Assembly: GCF_006345805.1 (NCBI RefSeq)
Contig: NC_043000.1
Coordinates: 76,880,001-76,944,000 of the forward strand
Source of the DNA: Octopus sinensis
Lineage: Eukaryota
Direction: 5' to 3'
DNA length: 64,000 bases
Shown here one piece after another: positions 62,034-64,000 of this stretch (positions within the stretch are counted from its first letter, which is position 1; each line of letters begins with the position of its first letter). The notes under the pieces are model-generated. The model was not told the origin of the DNA, searched no databases, and saw nothing but the letters and a program-made list of their open reading frames with translations. A program made the position numbers and the translations under genes.

Positions 62034-62905
62034 CTGTGGGAAGAAATAGAAAGAAAGAACAGTTCTTTTAATGGTTTAGTGAGAGGAAGAACAGCAGCTC
62101 CTATGATTCTCTTCAAAATCTTTAAGTTTGGTGTGTGACAATTATCCTCAAACCAGAGATCTGGAAAATATGCTTCCAAAAAATGGACTTCACTAGCGGT
62201 ACACAAAAGCCAGGTGGTGGTACGAAAACTAGGAACTCATTAAGTCTACCAGTTGAGAAAAGGAACAAACATTTTGATGGATATCCACAAAGATTCTATC
62301 TACCAGATTCCCTGAAATCTGGGAATACTGTGCAATATACTGCACCTTGTATTGAGTAAATAGACCATGTTTTTAAAGCTTGTTAATTTGAATACAGTGT
62401 GTTAAAAACAGTTTTGTTCTTCACTTTATTCAAGTCAATTAATAAAGATTAAACACACTGCTTTATAAGTGTATTAATATTTACGAGAATCTCTTAAAAA
62501 AAAAATCATGTTCTTTACTTTTTTTTCTTCAACTTTCTTCCTATAAACATGTATAATATATAATTGGTACAGTATGATATATTTTTAGAATTTTAAGTGA
62601 ATTATTAGATATCAAACACATCCTGTTTAAGATGTGTATTACATTTATCTCTTAAACACAATTTAGCTCTTTACTTTTCTTAGTTTATTTTATATTTTAA
62701 GTATATAAGACTATTCCAGAAAACAAGAAACTCAAGAAAGGCACTCCTGGTCCCAAACTTGCCAGGTAATTGTTCTAGGATTGTATGTGTTTGTCTGTGT
62801 GTATCCATATGTATACACATATACAGTGCACTGACAGACATATATATATATTATATATACATAATATATATATATAATATACATATATAATAATATATAA
62901 TATAT

Positions 62906-62962
<57 letters not shown>

Positions 62963-63021
62963 ATATATATATAGGATATATATAATTATATATATATATA
63001 TATTATATATATATATAGAAC

Positions 63022-63173
63022 GTGACAGTAGGGGGTACACCACCGTTGTATAGCCTAGGAGGCATCGAACGCCTCCTGACAGCTTCGACACAAGAAAAAA
63101 AAATGTGTCGAAGCTGTGAGGAGGCGTTCGATGCCTCCTAGGGCTATACAACGGTGGTGTACCCCTGCTGCAC
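63022..63173. repeat. ~70-bp-arm inverted repeat in a (TA)n-flanked element
   Basis: Arms 63022-63092 and 63104-63173, A-rich loop. Confidence 0.9.
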
Positions 63174-63760
63174 ATTCTTGTTAGATTGACAGTATACAAC
63201 CATTCTATCGCCCCACCACCGTACAGGTCTCTACGAGAGATTTAGAAATTCAATATTTCTTATATATATATAATTCAAAATGTGACCACGTGTGTACTGT
63301 TGGCGATTTTTTCCCCCCTCCGTTTTACCTTCTCTGGATCTTTCCTTTTCCTATGATTCTGACGAAGAGCTCTGCTTGAATCGTAAAACCCTCCTTTTTC
63401 CCTTCCTTCCTGAGCGTCCAATAATACTATATTTATTCTACGTCCTCATGTTGTTGTGTTTTCATGTTTGGATTAACTTAATATATATATATATATGAAT
63501 ATATATATATATACTCTTTTACTCTTTTATTTGTGTCATTCATTTGACTGTGGCCATGCTGGAGCACCGCCTTTGGTCGAGCAAATCGACTCCAGGACTT
63601 ATTCTTTGTAAGCCTAGTACTTATTCTATCGGTCTCTTTTGCTGAACCGCTAAGTTACGGGGATGTAGAAACACCATCATCGGTTGTCAAGTGATGTTGG
63701 GGGGACAAACACAGACACACAAACATATACACACATACATACATATTCATATATACGACG

Positions 63761-63860
63761 NNNNNNNNNNNNNNNNNNNNNNNNNNNNNNNNNNNNNNNN
63801 NNNNNNNNNNNNNNNNNNNNNNNNNNNNNNNNNNNNNNNNNNNNNNNNNNNNNNNNNNNN
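63761..63860. other. Assembly gap (100 N)
   Basis: Run of n. Confidence 1.
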
Positions 63861-64000
63861 ATTATATATATTGATAATACGGTAAGATAACAAAAGAAAG
63901 AAAGATACCTCAATATTATGTAAATAGAGGAAATTTATCTATACAATAATATGTTACATTACTCGATAGTCAAGATAAAACTCTGAGTTTCAGATGCCGA

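Overview
AT-rich eukaryotic genomic DNA. The (TA)n/(CA)n microsatellites and the RTE, Penelope and SINE content resemble an Octopus/coleoid genome; this is an inference from repeat style, not a database match. Two spliced genes lie tail-to-tail. On + are the last six coding exons of RCC1L/WBSCR16 (35-15130). On - is a syndecan (stop at 21943; TM plus RMRKKDEGSY...EFYA tail). Its phase-consistent exon chain runs to 62033 and includes two tandem thyroglobulin type-1 domain exons; the 5' end is outside the window. The introns are packed with mobile DNA: a near-full-length RTE LINE with a PHD-type finger inside the RT and a 61-bp VNTR in its 3'UTR, several RTE fragments, a TIR/TSD-bounded Buster-type hAT with a nested long-TIR element, a piggyBac relic, a CR1/L2-like LINE, RLE-type LINE relics, Penelope-like elements, MITEs and SINEs. 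The top candidates for novelty are (1) the TY-domain syndecan, (2) a set of hammerhead-ribozyme-like motifs in (TA)n-flanked elements, including a G3-C8 covariant core embedded in a 140-bp-arm palindrome, and (3) a minisatellite that amplified an RCC1L exon end together with its splice donor. There is a 100-N assembly gap at 63761-63860.
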